A stretch of 63,609 nt of DNA, the filler included, from Octopus bimaculoides (Eukaryota), in NCBI RefSeq assembly GCF_001194135.2. It is 7 parts of 6 records of this genome, joined end to end, with 100 filler letters (N's around TTAATTAATTAA, not from the genome) between each part and the next. Parts side by side here need not be neighbours in the genome. Positions count along the whole stretch, not along the records: positions 1 to 4,055 come from NC_068981.1; positions 4,156 to 17,213 come from NC_068996.1; 5 more parts are not named here. One strand, written 5' to 3'. Of the stretch, positions 1 through 12,199 are shown in pieces (the first letter of the stretch is position 1; every line of letters starts with the position of its first letter). The notes below the pieces were generated by a model. That model had not been told where the DNA came from. It did no database searches and saw only the letters and a list, made by a program, of their open reading frames with translations. The translations under genes were made by a program, and so were the position numbers.

Positions 1-330
1 CATATATATATATACACATATATATACACATATATATATATACACATATATATACACATATATATACACATATATATACACATATATATATATACACATA
101 TATATATATACACATATATATACACATATATATACACATATATATACACATATATATACACATATATATATACACATATATATATACACATATATATATA
201 CACATATATACATACACATATATATATACACATATATACATACACATATATACATACACATATATATATACACATATATATATACATATATATATATATA
301 CACATATATATATATACACATATATATATA
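1..330. repeat. Compound (TA)n/(CATA)-type microsatellite built of CACATATATATA-like units
   Basis: Seen directly: only A/T with a periodic CAC/CAT every ~10-16 nt. Confidence 0.95.
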
Positions 331-734
331 TAATATCCTTATATCTTGGTCCCCTTAAATAAAGCTGATGAAAGACATTAAATTAAGAGACGAGGGGGGG
401 ACAGCAGACAAACAAGATTTGAAGAGTTATGTAAACGAGTGTTTTAAATAGTAATGCATGTATAATGTGTGTGTATATATATATATATATAGGATACCAT
501 TAATAAATTACCCTTTTTTTTATGTCAAAAAAAAAAAAAACAAAGCTTTAACTTACGATTAAATGTAAAACATTGAGACGAACGACGTGGAAAAAAAATC
601 TGAACAGGAATATCCTAAGCTTCTTTTAAAGAGATGGAAAGGGAGAAGAAGAGAGACGGAGAAAAAACACGTGGGGTTGGTTGGCTCAGGTGACAGCAAC
701 AGTTGAAACAAGCCAACATTTATTAACATAATGA

Positions 735-908
735 TGATAGTGGTGGAGGTAGTAATAACTGTGATGGTGGTGGTGGTCGTGGCAATAGTAATAGGTGTGA
801 TGATGGTGGTGGTAGTAGTAGTAGTAGTAATAGTAGTAGTAGTAGTGGTGGTAGTAGTAGTTGTAGTAATGATGGTAGTAGGTGTGGTAGTGTTAGTTGT
901 TGGGGGGC

Positions 909-940
<32 letters not shown>

Positions 941-1015
941 ATGATGGTGGCGGTGGTGGTGGTTGTAGTATTAGTACTGATAGTAAAGGTGGTGGTGGTG
1001 GTAATGTGGTCATGA
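735..1015. repeat. (GTA)n/(GTG)n trinucleotide low-complexity tract
   Basis: gtagtagta/ggtggtggt runs; source of the poly-V and poly-L/P ORFs 723-1043. Confidence 0.9.
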
Positions 1016-1089
1016 CAATGGCATCATCTAACGTGAGACACATTTGTGTGTGTGTGGGTGCAATATTTATTATATATGGAGAAAATGGC

Positions 1090-1741
1090 TTGTGTACGGT
1101 AGTTTGGTAAGAAAGATAGGAAAAGAGCGAGGGACAGAATGAGCGAAGATAAGAGAAAGAGTGAGAAAAAGGATATTATAAATACATAGACGTGAGTGAG
1201 AGAGGAAAAGGGAGTATAAAACCCCCAGAATAACGGAGCATGAATATATTATATACATATATACATATATATATATATGTAGGTATATATATACACACAA
1301 GCGTATATTTGAAAAGTGCAATGCACGAAAATCGTCCTTTTCTATCTATTTATTAATATACGAAGGGGAAAAAATGAATAAAGAAGAGAAAGGAGGAAAA
1401 GAAAAAGAAAAACGTCGAGTAAAAATCGAGAGAGGTGAAGGGGGAGTAAGTAAGAGAGAAAGACTACAATGAGATAGAGAGAGAAAAAGAGCGTGAGAGT
1501 AACAGTGAGCCGGATTGTTTTGTGCTTTTTTTCTTTTATTAAATGCAGGGAGAGAAAGAGAGAGGAGAAAGTAATAGATATAGAAATGAGAGTGGGGGAA
1601 AGGAATAAAGAAAAACGTTGTATGAGAGAAAATAAAATTGAAAACGGAGTGAAAGAAGTTAAAGGAAACGAGAGAAGAAAGAAGAAAGAAAGTGCAATGG
1701 GAAACGTGGCAGTGAGAGAGTGTAAGAAAGAAATCATGGAA

Positions 1742-1778
<37 letters not shown>

Positions 1779-1960
1779 TAAGTGAATAGAAAGTAAAAGC
1801 GGCAAAGAAAGGCATAAAGAAGCAGGAGGCAGGCTGTCACGAAAAGAGTGGTAAGAGGAAAGTGTATAAAAAGGAAAAAAAATTAATGTGAAAGCATAAG
1901 CTTATTAGAAGGAGAAAAGCCGAGATGTTGGAGTTTTGTTGCAATGAGAAAGAAATAGGT
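1090..1960. repeat. Polypurine (A/G-rich) low-complexity tract including (GA)n
   Basis: Strong purine bias on +, (GA)n at ~1746-1773; ORFs 1342-1840 are compositional artefacts. Confidence 0.85.
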
Positions 1961-2504
1961 GACTGACTATGATGTTAACATGTGACGAAGAATAGTATCT
2001 AAGCATTGATGCTTAATTTTTTATTCTTTATCGTCACTTGTCTACCACATAGTTCAAATCATTATTATTCTGACTTGATTTAATCTTCGAAAAGTGAATG
2101 AAGTACCCCATTAAATATTGTAAAATAGTTTATTGAAAAAGAAGATTAATGAAAGTAGTTCAGTTTGTATGAGGCAGTTTCGGATGTTGAATTACGACTA
2201 CCGTTTAACTTTTTTTTTATATACTTTTAAAAAAGTCTTTGAATTTTTCCTTTAAATATCAGATTCAAAGTTTTAGAGGGAAGGATTGCATTTTTTTTTA
2301 AAAAAACAGTATCTGTTGTTTAATAAGTCTCAATTATTTTGTGACTATTCAAAATGGCTACACTGAATGAAAATATTGAACAATTCAGCACCGAACACCA
2401 AAGGCACAGCAAAAGAGGAAGGAGGCGTAGGTATGATGCGCAATATTGCTTTTGCTCTATACAAAGATGACACGCAAATTCGTGAAACATTCCATATTTT
2501 CTGT

Positions 2505-2810
2505 GAAGGCGCGTGGCTTAGTGGTTAGGGTTTGATTCCCGGCGACGCGTTATGTCCTTGAGTAAGATACTTGAGCAAGATACTTTATTTCACGTTGCTC
2601 CAGTCCACTCAGCTGGTAAAAATGAGTAGTACCTGTATTTCAAAGGGCCAGCCTAGTCGCATTCGATGTCACGCTGAATCTCCCTGAGAGCTACGTTAAG
2701 GGTACACGTCTCTGTGGAGTGCTCAGCCACTTGCATGTTAATTTCACGAGCAGGTTGTTCCGTTGATCGGATCAACCGGAACCCTCGTATTCGTAACTGA
2801 CGGAGTGCCA
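2505..2810 (+). mobile_element. tRNA-derived SINE, family C (tail ...gtaactgacggagtgcca)
   Basis: A-box TGGCTTAGTGG, B-box-like GGTTTGATTCCC, CORE-like middle (tgtccttgagtaagatactt...ccagtccactcagctggtaaaaatgag). Homologous copies at 10598-10918 (-) and 33165-33305 (+); same 3' half at 48611-48790 (-). Confidence 0.85.
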
Positions 2811-3788
2811 GTAGCTGTTCCCTGCAAGCAAGTATAACTTGATAGTATGCTCCATTCTTTTGCAACATGTTTTAGGTACCTATGTAGTCGCAAAGCGACA
2901 AGAACACCCTCTCGACCCGCCTATCCTCCATCCAGAGGACAGCTGAAGGGATGACAGGTACTCATTTCAGCTGAGAAAATAGGAACAACATAAAATGAAG
3001 AGTACATACAATGCGTTGCCTAATTCAAGAAGCGAATCCACGACCTTTTGACTTTGTTATACACTGCAACATCACGGGCTCGTGCATATCTGCTCTATAA
3101 TGCCCGCTAAGGAGAAAGCATCAAAAGTATGTTTCTAGGTGCTGGGGCATCCTTGGACGCCGCTGCCTTAATGCTCTTGTGTAGTCTTTACAACTGAACC
3201 TTATTGTTGTTAATGGCAAGTTTTGTGTATAATCATGACATTGTAACAATCTCGATGATGGTATTTGGATATGCTCAAAATTTAAGAAGAGATACGTTAC
3301 TAGTGATGGAAGCAGTATTGGTTCAGAATAGCCACTCTCTGTATGTTTTACTTAATGTGATATATTATCATCTGTTACTGATTCACTTTTGTGCTTTTTA
3401 GCTCTATACATCTATACGAGAAACTTTCTCAAGACGAATTCTGGAGTTTTGTTGCTTTCGATAGTATATCCATATATACAGCATGCTGTGCGAAAGCAAC
3501 ACGTTTATTGAAAAATGTAAGTTAACAACGTATGTCGTATCTTAAAAAGAGCTTGTACGTGAAGCCCTAGTGATGTGTTTGTTTGTTATATGTGTCAAAG
3601 AATAGCATTGGTACTAAAGCAGTAATTTACTGGTAGTAATACTGTCGTGAAATTTGTTTCACAAAAATCTTACAAGACACGGAGCAACTTGATCTCAACT
3701 GCGTGGTTCAAATTGAAGGTTTATGCTCAAACTCAAACGCAAAAATTAATCCATATCTTTTTTCAAAATGTCTATATCATATTTCTTT

Positions 3789-3910
3789 AGGAGTGGCTGT
3801 GTGGTAAGTAGCTTGCTTACCAACCACATGGTTCCGGCTTCTACTATAGCCTCGGACCAACCAAAGCCTTGTGAGTGGATTTGTTAGACGGAAACTGAAA
3901 GAAGCCCGTC

Positions 3911-3960
<50 letters not shown>

Positions 3961-4055
3961 GTATGTGTGTGTATATATTTGTATGTCTGTGTTTGTCCCC
4001 CCACCCAAAATCGCTTGACAACCGATGGTGATGCGTTTACGTCTCCGTAACTTAG
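3789..4055 (+). mobile_element. tRNA-derived SINE, family A (internal microsatellite), partial; head has a deletion and the 3' end is lost in a gap
   Basis: aggagtggctgtgtggtaagtagcttgcttaccaaccacatggttccgg...gaaagaagcccgtcg-(TA)n-...cgcttgacaaccgat; homologous to 36348-36726 (-). Confidence 0.9.
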
Positions 4056-4099
4056 NNNNNNNNNNNNNNNNNNNNNNNNNNNNNNNNNNNNNNNNNNNN

Positions 4100-4111
4100 T
4101 TAATTAATTAA
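4100..4111. other. Artificial scaffold linker TTAATTAATTAA inside N gaps (also 17258-17269, 20843-20854, 50974-50985, 59756-59767, 62511-62522)
   Basis: Identical palindromic 12-mer with stops in all six frames, always embedded in N runs; assembly artefact. Confidence 0.95.
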
Positions 4112-4155
4112 NNNNNNNNNNNNNNNNNNNNNNNNNNNNNNNNNNNNNNNNNNNN

Positions 4156-4208
<53 letters not shown>

Positions 4209-5016
4209 CATGCATATGTATATAAATACACACAGAGACACAAACACACACACACATACACATATACACATGGTAGCTGTCAACAGATAGACGAGTATGG
4301 CTATCATTGGATGTTAAAGGCTATGGCAGAGAACAATGCCTGTGCTGAAATTTAAGGTCAATAACAGCTTGCACAACACCGCTAATACTCTCACCCACAA
4401 AGCCAAAAAGTCAGAAGCAAGAATAAGATTTCCAGTTTCGCAATAAAGAGGGTGTTAGTTTGGAATTTCTTCACCCTAGTGAGATATCTAAGCAGAGATT
4501 AGGGATATCTCACTCCCGGCTTTTGGATAGCCGTTGGCTTTACTGAGTTCAACCATTATTTAACAGGTTTTGGTTTTTCATCCTACAGAGTGTCCAAACT
4601 ACCTCTTTACCTAGAAAGTTTGGCGGGATTGCCGCTTTAGTCGCTGGCGGCCCGACCATGCTACAGCTGTACTGGGTTTCATGTTACCAGTAGCACTATA
4701 CACATACATATATACAAATATTCTATTATGTTTTACATATAACGAGTTTTGTACAGTTTCCTTCAAACGAATTTAGAATATGGAATAGTGAATGGGATGT
4801 TCGGAGAGGCTTGTTTAGTGGGCTCTGCAGCGGTAACGAATCTCAATTGTAAACGGCATAACCATGAAGGCTCCTGTAAACATGTCTGAAATCTATTTCA
4901 CACTGCTTCATAAAAAATGCAATATCTGTCGTAAATCAGATATGTGCCTGTATTTGTTTCCACTGTCTATGTTTCTGTCTCTCTTACCCTCTCACTATCT
5001 TAATCCCACCATGCTT

Positions 5017-5096
<80 letters not shown>

Positions 5097-6030
5097 GTAG
5101 GTATAAGCGAATTTTCGTTTTCGTTCGCGTGTCAGTTGCCACAGAATAACAAAAAAGAAACAGAAATCTCCCTGACATATTAATGGACATGACGTAAAAA
5201 TAACTATATTTATGTGAGAATAATTTTAATTTATATTTATGGCTGTTTTCAATGGGTATTTTATGTGCTGCGAAATAATGTTAAGTTCTTCCGTTAGATG
5301 TCGCTGCTAAGCTTCCATCCTAGGGGGCTATTACAGGAAGATATGACACATCTTGCCAACAGATGAAGGACGAGAGCTTATTTGAAAATATTGAAAACGG
5401 AATCATGCATCAGAATCAAGGAATTTTGTCATTTATGTGAAGTATGTTTAGTTCTTTCATAGTTTATAATATAAGTATATACAGTAAATCTATGTTTGTT
5501 TCTTTTATACAAAAGTAATATTCTGCTTGTTTTGTTGCCCAGAATATATCTACAATGAATTTGTTAATTTAATCATATTGTACAGCAAAAAAAAACAAAA
5601 AGATCCACTTACAAGCACACAAACTAAATAAACAAAAACAAAAGAAGCAAAAAAAAAAAAACAAGAATGAGAAAGAAAAAAATGGTGGTTGAAAGAGCGG
5701 AAACTTTGAAACAGCACTGATGCTTTATTGTCAAGTCTACTTGATATTTTAAGTCTCCCTCGGCCCTTCAATCCTAACGAGCCAAAACTTTATGTTAATG
5801 TCATCGTATATTTAAAATGTCTCGGGTTTTATGCCTCTGATTATGCGAGAGGTGAAACGTATGACCATGTTGTAAGAAAACAATATTCCGTTCGTAATAG
5901 TTAGTTGAGNNNNNNNNNNGGGGGGGTCGTGTTTGTTTGTATGCGTGCGTGTGTGGATTACAACGATCATCCGGTCTAGATTCCACTATAAAACACTATT
6001 ACATATTTAAGAAGAAATTTCCGGTTACAG

Positions 6031-6376
6031 ACAGGTGTAACTGTGTGGCGAGGAAGCTCACTTTGCAGCCAAGTGGTTTTGGGTTCAGTCCCACAGCACG
6101 GCACTTTGGGCTAGTAAGTAATACTATAACCCCGCGTCGACCAATGCCTTGTTAACGAATATGTTAGTCGGAAACCCGCTGTATGTATGTGTATGTGTGT
6201 CACACTAATTAACAATCGATTTTGGCGGGTTTATGTCTCCATAAGTTAGCAATTCGACAATAGAGATCATAGAATAACTAAGAGACTTTAAAAAATAAGT
6301 ACTGAGGTCGAATTGTTCTACTAAACACATCAAGGCTCTGCTCCAGTATGGTTGTAGTTTAATGAACAAAACAAGC
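6031..6376 (+). mobile_element. SINE family A, old diverged full-length copy
   Basis: gggttcagtcccacagcacggcactttggg ... gtcgaccaatgccttg ... ctccagtatggttgtagtttaatgaac aligns by eye to the family A copy at 36348-36726. Confidence 0.75.
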
Positions 6377-6526
6377 AGTAGATAGATAATTATTCCTTAT
6401 ATAACTTCTTTTATTCTTTTAATAAGTATAATTCGTCTCCCAAAGGGTGATTTTTGAACTCCCTGCGGAATGTAGAACATCGCTTGGTGGAGAAAGGACA
6501 AGCTCGCGAAAGTCGGTGTATGTATG

Positions 6527-6933
6527 TCTCTTCTATTTTTTAATTATTATAAATCTTCCACTGAGGCGGGACCCGGTTTCCAACAAAGATACAAGACCCC
6601 ATCTTTGGGATGTCATTAACACAGACAAATTCACATTTGGAATTTGAGAAAAGTTTTGCATATTTTTACTGTTCCACTCACAGATTGCACTTGTAATGTA
6701 CGAATCAGCCGTTTATCAGTTTATCTTTCTGAAAATTCCAGTTTATCCAGATTCTTCTTTAAGCATTTACTAACGAAAACCTAGCGCTCCAATTATTATT
6801 GGTATGAATATGAATTCATAGACTGGATATAGAAGCTGAAGGTTTGGAAGCAGTTGTCCATAGATACCCTCTTTTTCTTTGATTTTTTAAAGAGATATTT
6901 ATATCTGCAGACCTCTATGATGGTAATACCTTT
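6527..6933 (-). mobile_element. R4/Dong-like RLE non-LTR retrotransposon, 5'-truncated 3' end (sub-family 'GTVKICKTF')
   Basis: Minus-strand translation with frameshifts: GIYGQLLPNLQLLYPVYEFIFIPIIIGALGF..SKCLKKNLDKLEFSER*TDKRLIRTLQVQSVSGTVKICKTFLKFQM*, the RLE C-terminus; 3'UTR shared with ~25160-25300; (TATG)n at both ends. Confidence 0.8.
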
Positions 6934-7084
6934 GTATGTATGTATGTATGTATGTATGTATGTACGCTTATGTATGTATATGTGTATGTATGTGTATGTA
7001 TCTATGTGTATATATATGTGTGTATGTATCTATGTATGTATTTTTATCTATGCATGATTTTGAATCTGTGAATGTATGTGTTTA

Positions 7085-7134
<50 letters not shown>

Positions 7135-7249
7135 TGTTAGTATATATGCATTATAGTATATATGTAATGTATGTCCGTATGTATGTTTGCACGCGTGCAT
7201 ACATGTTTACATGCATGAATGCCTATATGTTCTCTTTCTCTTTTTTTTA

Positions 7250-7547
7250 ATTCAGATTAAATTTTGACCGGTAGCCATGTCGTGAAGGAAAGTATCGTAG
7301 TTTATCCGTCATCCTTTTAAATCTTAATTGGATCTTGCAGAATTTTATAATCCCAGATATCGGGACCATTAGTAATGTGATAATGTAGGAAAGCATTTTA
7401 TTTTACAGGCTGATACCTGTAAATCTTGAGGAGGTCTTACAGATTTTTAAAGTCCCAAATATCAACATCATTTGTAGTGTCTTAATCAAAGACTTGCGTT
7501 CTCTCCCCAAGATCCCAAGTTCAGTCATACTTTGCTCCAAACGACGG
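7250..7547 (-). mobile_element. R4-like RLE element, short 3' fragment
   Basis: ORF 7403-7660 ends RRLEQSMTELGILGRERKSLIKTLQMMLIFGTLKICKTSSRF, the same terminal motif. Confidence 0.7.
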
Positions 7548-7599
7548 TGTATGTATGGATGGATGTATGTATGTATGTATGTATGTATGTATGTATGTA

Positions 7600-7634
<35 letters not shown>

Positions 7635-7855
7635 ATGCATGTATGTATGCATATATGCATGTATGTATGTAATTATGTATGTATGTATGTATGTGTGTAT
7701 GTTTGCATGTGTGTATGTTTGTATGTATGTATGTATGTATGCATGCATGTAAGTATGTATGTATGTATGTTTGTGTGTGTGTGTTGCTCCAAACGACGGT
7801 GTATGTATGGATGTATGTATGTATGTATGTATGTAAGTATGTATGTATGTTTGTT

Positions 7856-7888
<33 letters not shown>

Positions 7889-8212
7889 ATGCATGTTTGT
7901 ATGCATATATGGATGTATGTATGTATGTAATTATGTATGTATGTATGTGTGTATGTTTGTATGTAATTATGTATGTATGTATGTGTGTATGTTTGTATGT
8001 GTGTATGTTTGTATGTATGTATGTATGCTTGTATGTATGTATGTATGTATGTATGTTTGTGTGTGTATGTGTGTGTGTATGTATGTATGCATGTATGTAT
8101 GTATGTATGTATATATGTATGCATGTATGTATATTTGTGTGTGTGTATGTGTGTATGTATGTATGTATGTATGTATGTATGTATGTATGTATGTATGTAT
8201 GTATGTATGCAT
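7548..8212. repeat. (TATG)n/(TG)n compound microsatellite containing a ~252-bp duplication
   Basis: ttgctccaaacgacggtgtatgtatggatg occurs at 7532 and 7784; source of the MYVC/HTYI ORFs. Confidence 0.9.
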
Positions 8213-9399
8213 GAGAGCCTTCCATTCTAAAGGTGTTTGTGTGAGATTCGGTAATGATTTAACTGCTACACTTTTAGCTACCCAAGAACCTGTGTAGATT
8301 CTGGCCTCATTGAATGAAGTTTTGATTAGCTACAGCTCTAAATGTTGTTGTTATCGTTGTTAAGCTTCTAATCCGGCAAACCTATGATCAAAAACTGATT
8401 TGTTTATATAATTGTTATGTCTCAAGCTATTGCTATCTAGCACCTTCGGATGATCTCTACTCAACCGCTTCACAACTGCTTCTCGACTGCTACTCAACAC
8501 TCTTACCACGGCCAGACTACCTCTATTTATATGTCTTGAGAGTTCCTACTCCTTCGCTTGGGGGAGACGACACAACAATATTACATGTAATCACTTTGTT
8601 CATGCCCTGATTTCTGCAGCGTTGCATATTTGGCGCGTACCTTCTTACATAATCTCGGATCAACACAAGATTTGTAAAATTGAATAGATGAAAACTATGA
8701 GGAAGCCAAAACGGTTGACTGCATATGCACCTCTTCGTTGGTAGTACCTTTAAGTAGTCACTTTGTTTAACACCACATTCTTATTCTTGATATACTTAGA
8801 AGATTAAACTCTATTGCAAGCATTCGAACTAAGTTCTCTGTTACATTTAACCCGGCCTCAGAGAGCCTTGTACACAAGAACAGGAGGGTACGCTGTCTTT
8901 TTTTACTAATACACACACACACACACACACAAATACTGAAAATCTATTATTCATTGGAGGTGAACGGAAATATTAATAAAATTTAAAGCCCCATGAGACT
9001 CTACCAATTTTTCCAGTCGTTGTCAACCTTTCTGGGCCCCCTTTTATGTATCGAGATATAAATAGAATGAATGGTGAAGTTGACCATTACCACAATTGAA
9101 CTCGGGTTGCTAATTAGGTTGTAGGATTGACTCTAACCCCACTTCACTACATATAAGGGTTTTGGGATTAGGTTTTGGTCAAGAAGTAACTAATATTGGC
9201 ATCGCATTTAAAGTTTCACCCAATTTTCTTTCATTAATATACTCATGTATTAAACTTTCCCTAATGGGTTTAATTTAAGTTATTTCTGCCAACTCCTTTT
9301 ATAATACTATATCTACTAAACAGCGGTTAGCATCTAGCCTCTAACCCCTGTAACATGGACCAAACCATTAAACCCACTACATAACACACTACCCTCGCT

Positions 9400-9797
9400 A
9401 GTATAATGAAAACACGATGTAAACCACAGCCTGCAGAAATTCCTCCTGAGTTTGACTTTATTCATCTACTTACCACAGGATGGAATACCATGGATTATAT
9501 TAACACCTTAATTGAAGTCCTTACCTTTCCTTACTATGGTCTATCACATTATTTTATTTTATTTTATTTTATTTTACCCAACTCTATTTTTGAACTGACT
9601 TTCACACATGTTAGTTCCCTAACATTTGGACCCTCTGAAGAAGCCTAGGGGCATATATATAATCCAAACCCTCTCCAATATCTGTTCATACCTTTATATC
9701 ACTGACGTGATATAAAGATAACCTGGAATTTTTGTTGCCTTATGGTAGAAATGGCCGTAAGGGATTAGTACCTGTACATTCATCTATTATTATTCAT

Positions 9798-9800
<3 letters not shown>
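9400..9800 (+). mobile_element. Penelope-like element 3'/terminal-repeat remnant
   Basis: 9660-9800 is homologous to 14200-14340 (tatcactgac...ggtagaaa[c/t]ggccgtaagggattagtacctgtaca..catctattattattcatttgt); both end at microsatellites and carry a degenerate hammerhead-like motif. PLE assignment is inference. Confidence 0.5.
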
Positions 9801-9892
<92 letters not shown>

Positions 9893-10166
9893 TGTGTGTG
9901 TGTATATATATATATGTATATATATATGTGTGTGTGTGTATATATATATATATGTATATATATATATGTGTGTGTATGTGTATATGTATATATCTGTTTA
10001 TGCACTTATTGACTTATTTCATTCGTTAATTTAGTATCACTCATACATATGTTTGTAGTCATTTAATAAATAGATATAATTGAATGTTTACTGACTGATG
10101 TCTGTCGATTATATATCTTCTCCATTTTCTTATTTGCCTTATAAATCCTGGGTAAATTTCTAATTT

Positions 10167-10190
10167 ACCCTAACCCTAACCCTAACCCTA
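10167..10190. repeat. Short interstitial telomeric-type repeat (CCCTAA)x~4
   Basis: accctaaccctaaccctaacccta seen directly. Confidence 0.8.
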
Positions 10191-10597
10191 TTGCGATATT
10201 ACCATGCAAGAGTAAGCACTTGGTTATAAATAATTAGGTACACATCCAGTAGTATAATGGATATTTAATATCCCTTAGACTGTTTCTTAATCCCTAACTC
10301 ATACAGAAATATATATATATAGTGTTATACTTGGATATGGTTATTTTATTTTGCCAATTAAGCACACGCACTATTAATTTGATCCTCACCTGAGTTTTCA
10401 TTCGGACTATTTTTATTTTGTCTGTCAAAGTTCTTTAATTACACATTCTGTGACCTCATCAGTTACTTTCTCTTCCACGTGTCTCTTCTACTGCTTACTC
10501 CATTTTGCCTTACATATATATTCATGTGTGTGCATACATCACGGGTACATATGTATAAACTTACATACATAACGCATACGCACGCGCTTATAGTATC

Positions 10598-10918
10598 TGG
10601 CAGTCCGTCGGTTACGATGACGACAGTTTTAGTTGTTCCAATCAACAGAACAGTCTGCTCATGAAATTAAGATGCAAGAGGTTGAGCACTCTATAGACAC
10701 TCGTACCCTTAACTTAATTTCACCGAGAGATTCAGAGTAACACAAAATGTGACAAGACTACTACTCTTTTGAAATTCAGTCAGTTTTTCCAGCTGAATGG
10801 ACTGGAGAAATGCAAAATAAAATTTCTTACTGAAGGATACAATCCACCGCCAAGAATCGAACTCATGAACTTATAATCGTGCGCCAAATATCCTAACCAC
10901 TAAGCCACGAACTTTCAC
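10598..10918 (-). mobile_element. SINE family C, diverged full-length copy
   Basis: Reverse complement starts cgtggcttagtggttagga...gagttcgattctt (A/B boxes) and ends gtaaccgacggactgcca. Confidence 0.8.
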
Positions 10919-11748
10919 ACATACGTAACTAGTCTTGTCTATATACAGTTTGACTCATTTTGTAGATTTTTCGACTAAACTAGCAAGAGCAATTTCTTTG
11001 CAATAATATTAAGTGTCTATAAATTGTTACTAATTCAACAGCTGCAGGCCAGTTTAAAATTAGATTCAATATGCAAGTTTTGAAATATGAAGAACATTTA
11101 ATAATAATAATACCAAAGAAGGAAGAAAAGAGAAAGATGGAGAGATATGTACACAGCTTTAGTGAGAGACACGGTGAGAGAAAGAGAAAGAAAGAGAACG
11201 TATGAGTGATGGCTGAGTGGAAAAGAGATCGCTTACGTAATTAATAAAATAATTCCTGCTGAGTTGAAAAGTATTTAATGAAATGTGCGATACATGTCTG
11301 TGCAGCAGATATTTATGCATGTTGATATGAATGTACAGATATGCACATAGCCACATGCGTTACACGTACGTAAAGACCACATAAGCATATAAAAAATTAC
11401 AAACCATATATATATATATAAAGAAAATATGTTCATATATATATATATATATATATATATGCGAGTGTGCGAATGTGTGTAAATATAAATGTGTATATAT
11501 TTTTATATATGCATGTATATATGTTTGTGTGTGTATATAACGGAAAGAAATTAGTACCCGTCACATACTGAGTTAGCATGTCTGTATTTATTCAGACAAT
11601 GACTCAGCAACATTTCTCTGAATATTTTGTAGACGTGGATAAACACGGGGATCATCAACAGTCTCTGTTTGTCTGTGCGCATGTGTGTGACTGTGTGAGT
11701 GCGTATCTATATATATATTATATATATGTATATATATATATTTACGGA

Positions 11749-11793
<45 letters not shown>

Positions 11794-11868
11794 TATACGT
11801 TTATTTATAAAGACTAAATGTATGGGTATACTACAGAATCAATATATGTGTATACATGCATACGAATA

Positions 11869-12010
11869 CGAAAGTATTCAAAAAGTTTTCGGACTGGTTC
11901 GGTAGCATGTCAACCGATGGCAGCACATAGTTGCCAGTGCGCCGCGAGAGCTAGCAGCGACCTTCATGAGACAGTGTGCCGAGTGACATCACTGTGTTTT
12001 CCTCACAAAT
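11869..12010 (+). mobile_element. Possible mariner-type terminal remnant
   Basis: TA followed by cgaaagtattcaaaaagttttcggactgg, resembling mariner TIRs (compare cgtggtctaatcattaagtatctggactg at the 34289-35148 element); no partner TIR found. Confidence 0.35.
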
Positions 12011-12199
12011 TATGAATATAATATTTAAAAACAATGGCGTTGTTCAAGGCCGTTAGGACTATCCATGAATTCCAAGACCGGTAAAACAAAAGTATAAAAA
12101 TAAAATAAAATAAAAATTTAGATAAATACAAATATCACTATAAGAATATTTCAGGCATGAATAATCTGTGTGTGTGTGTAGGGGGGGGGGGTCCTTACC

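Noticed and set aside
723-1840. Long ORFs rich in V, L/P, F/S or E/R/K
   Set aside because: Translations of trinucleotide and polypurine low-complexity DNA.
2900-3460. Possible RTE-like LINE 3' remnant on the minus strand
   Set aside because: No unambiguous motif could be read; too degraded to call.
4100-4111. Conserved palindrome TTAATTAATTAA recurring six times
   Set aside because: Always inside N runs; an artificial six-frame-stop linker.
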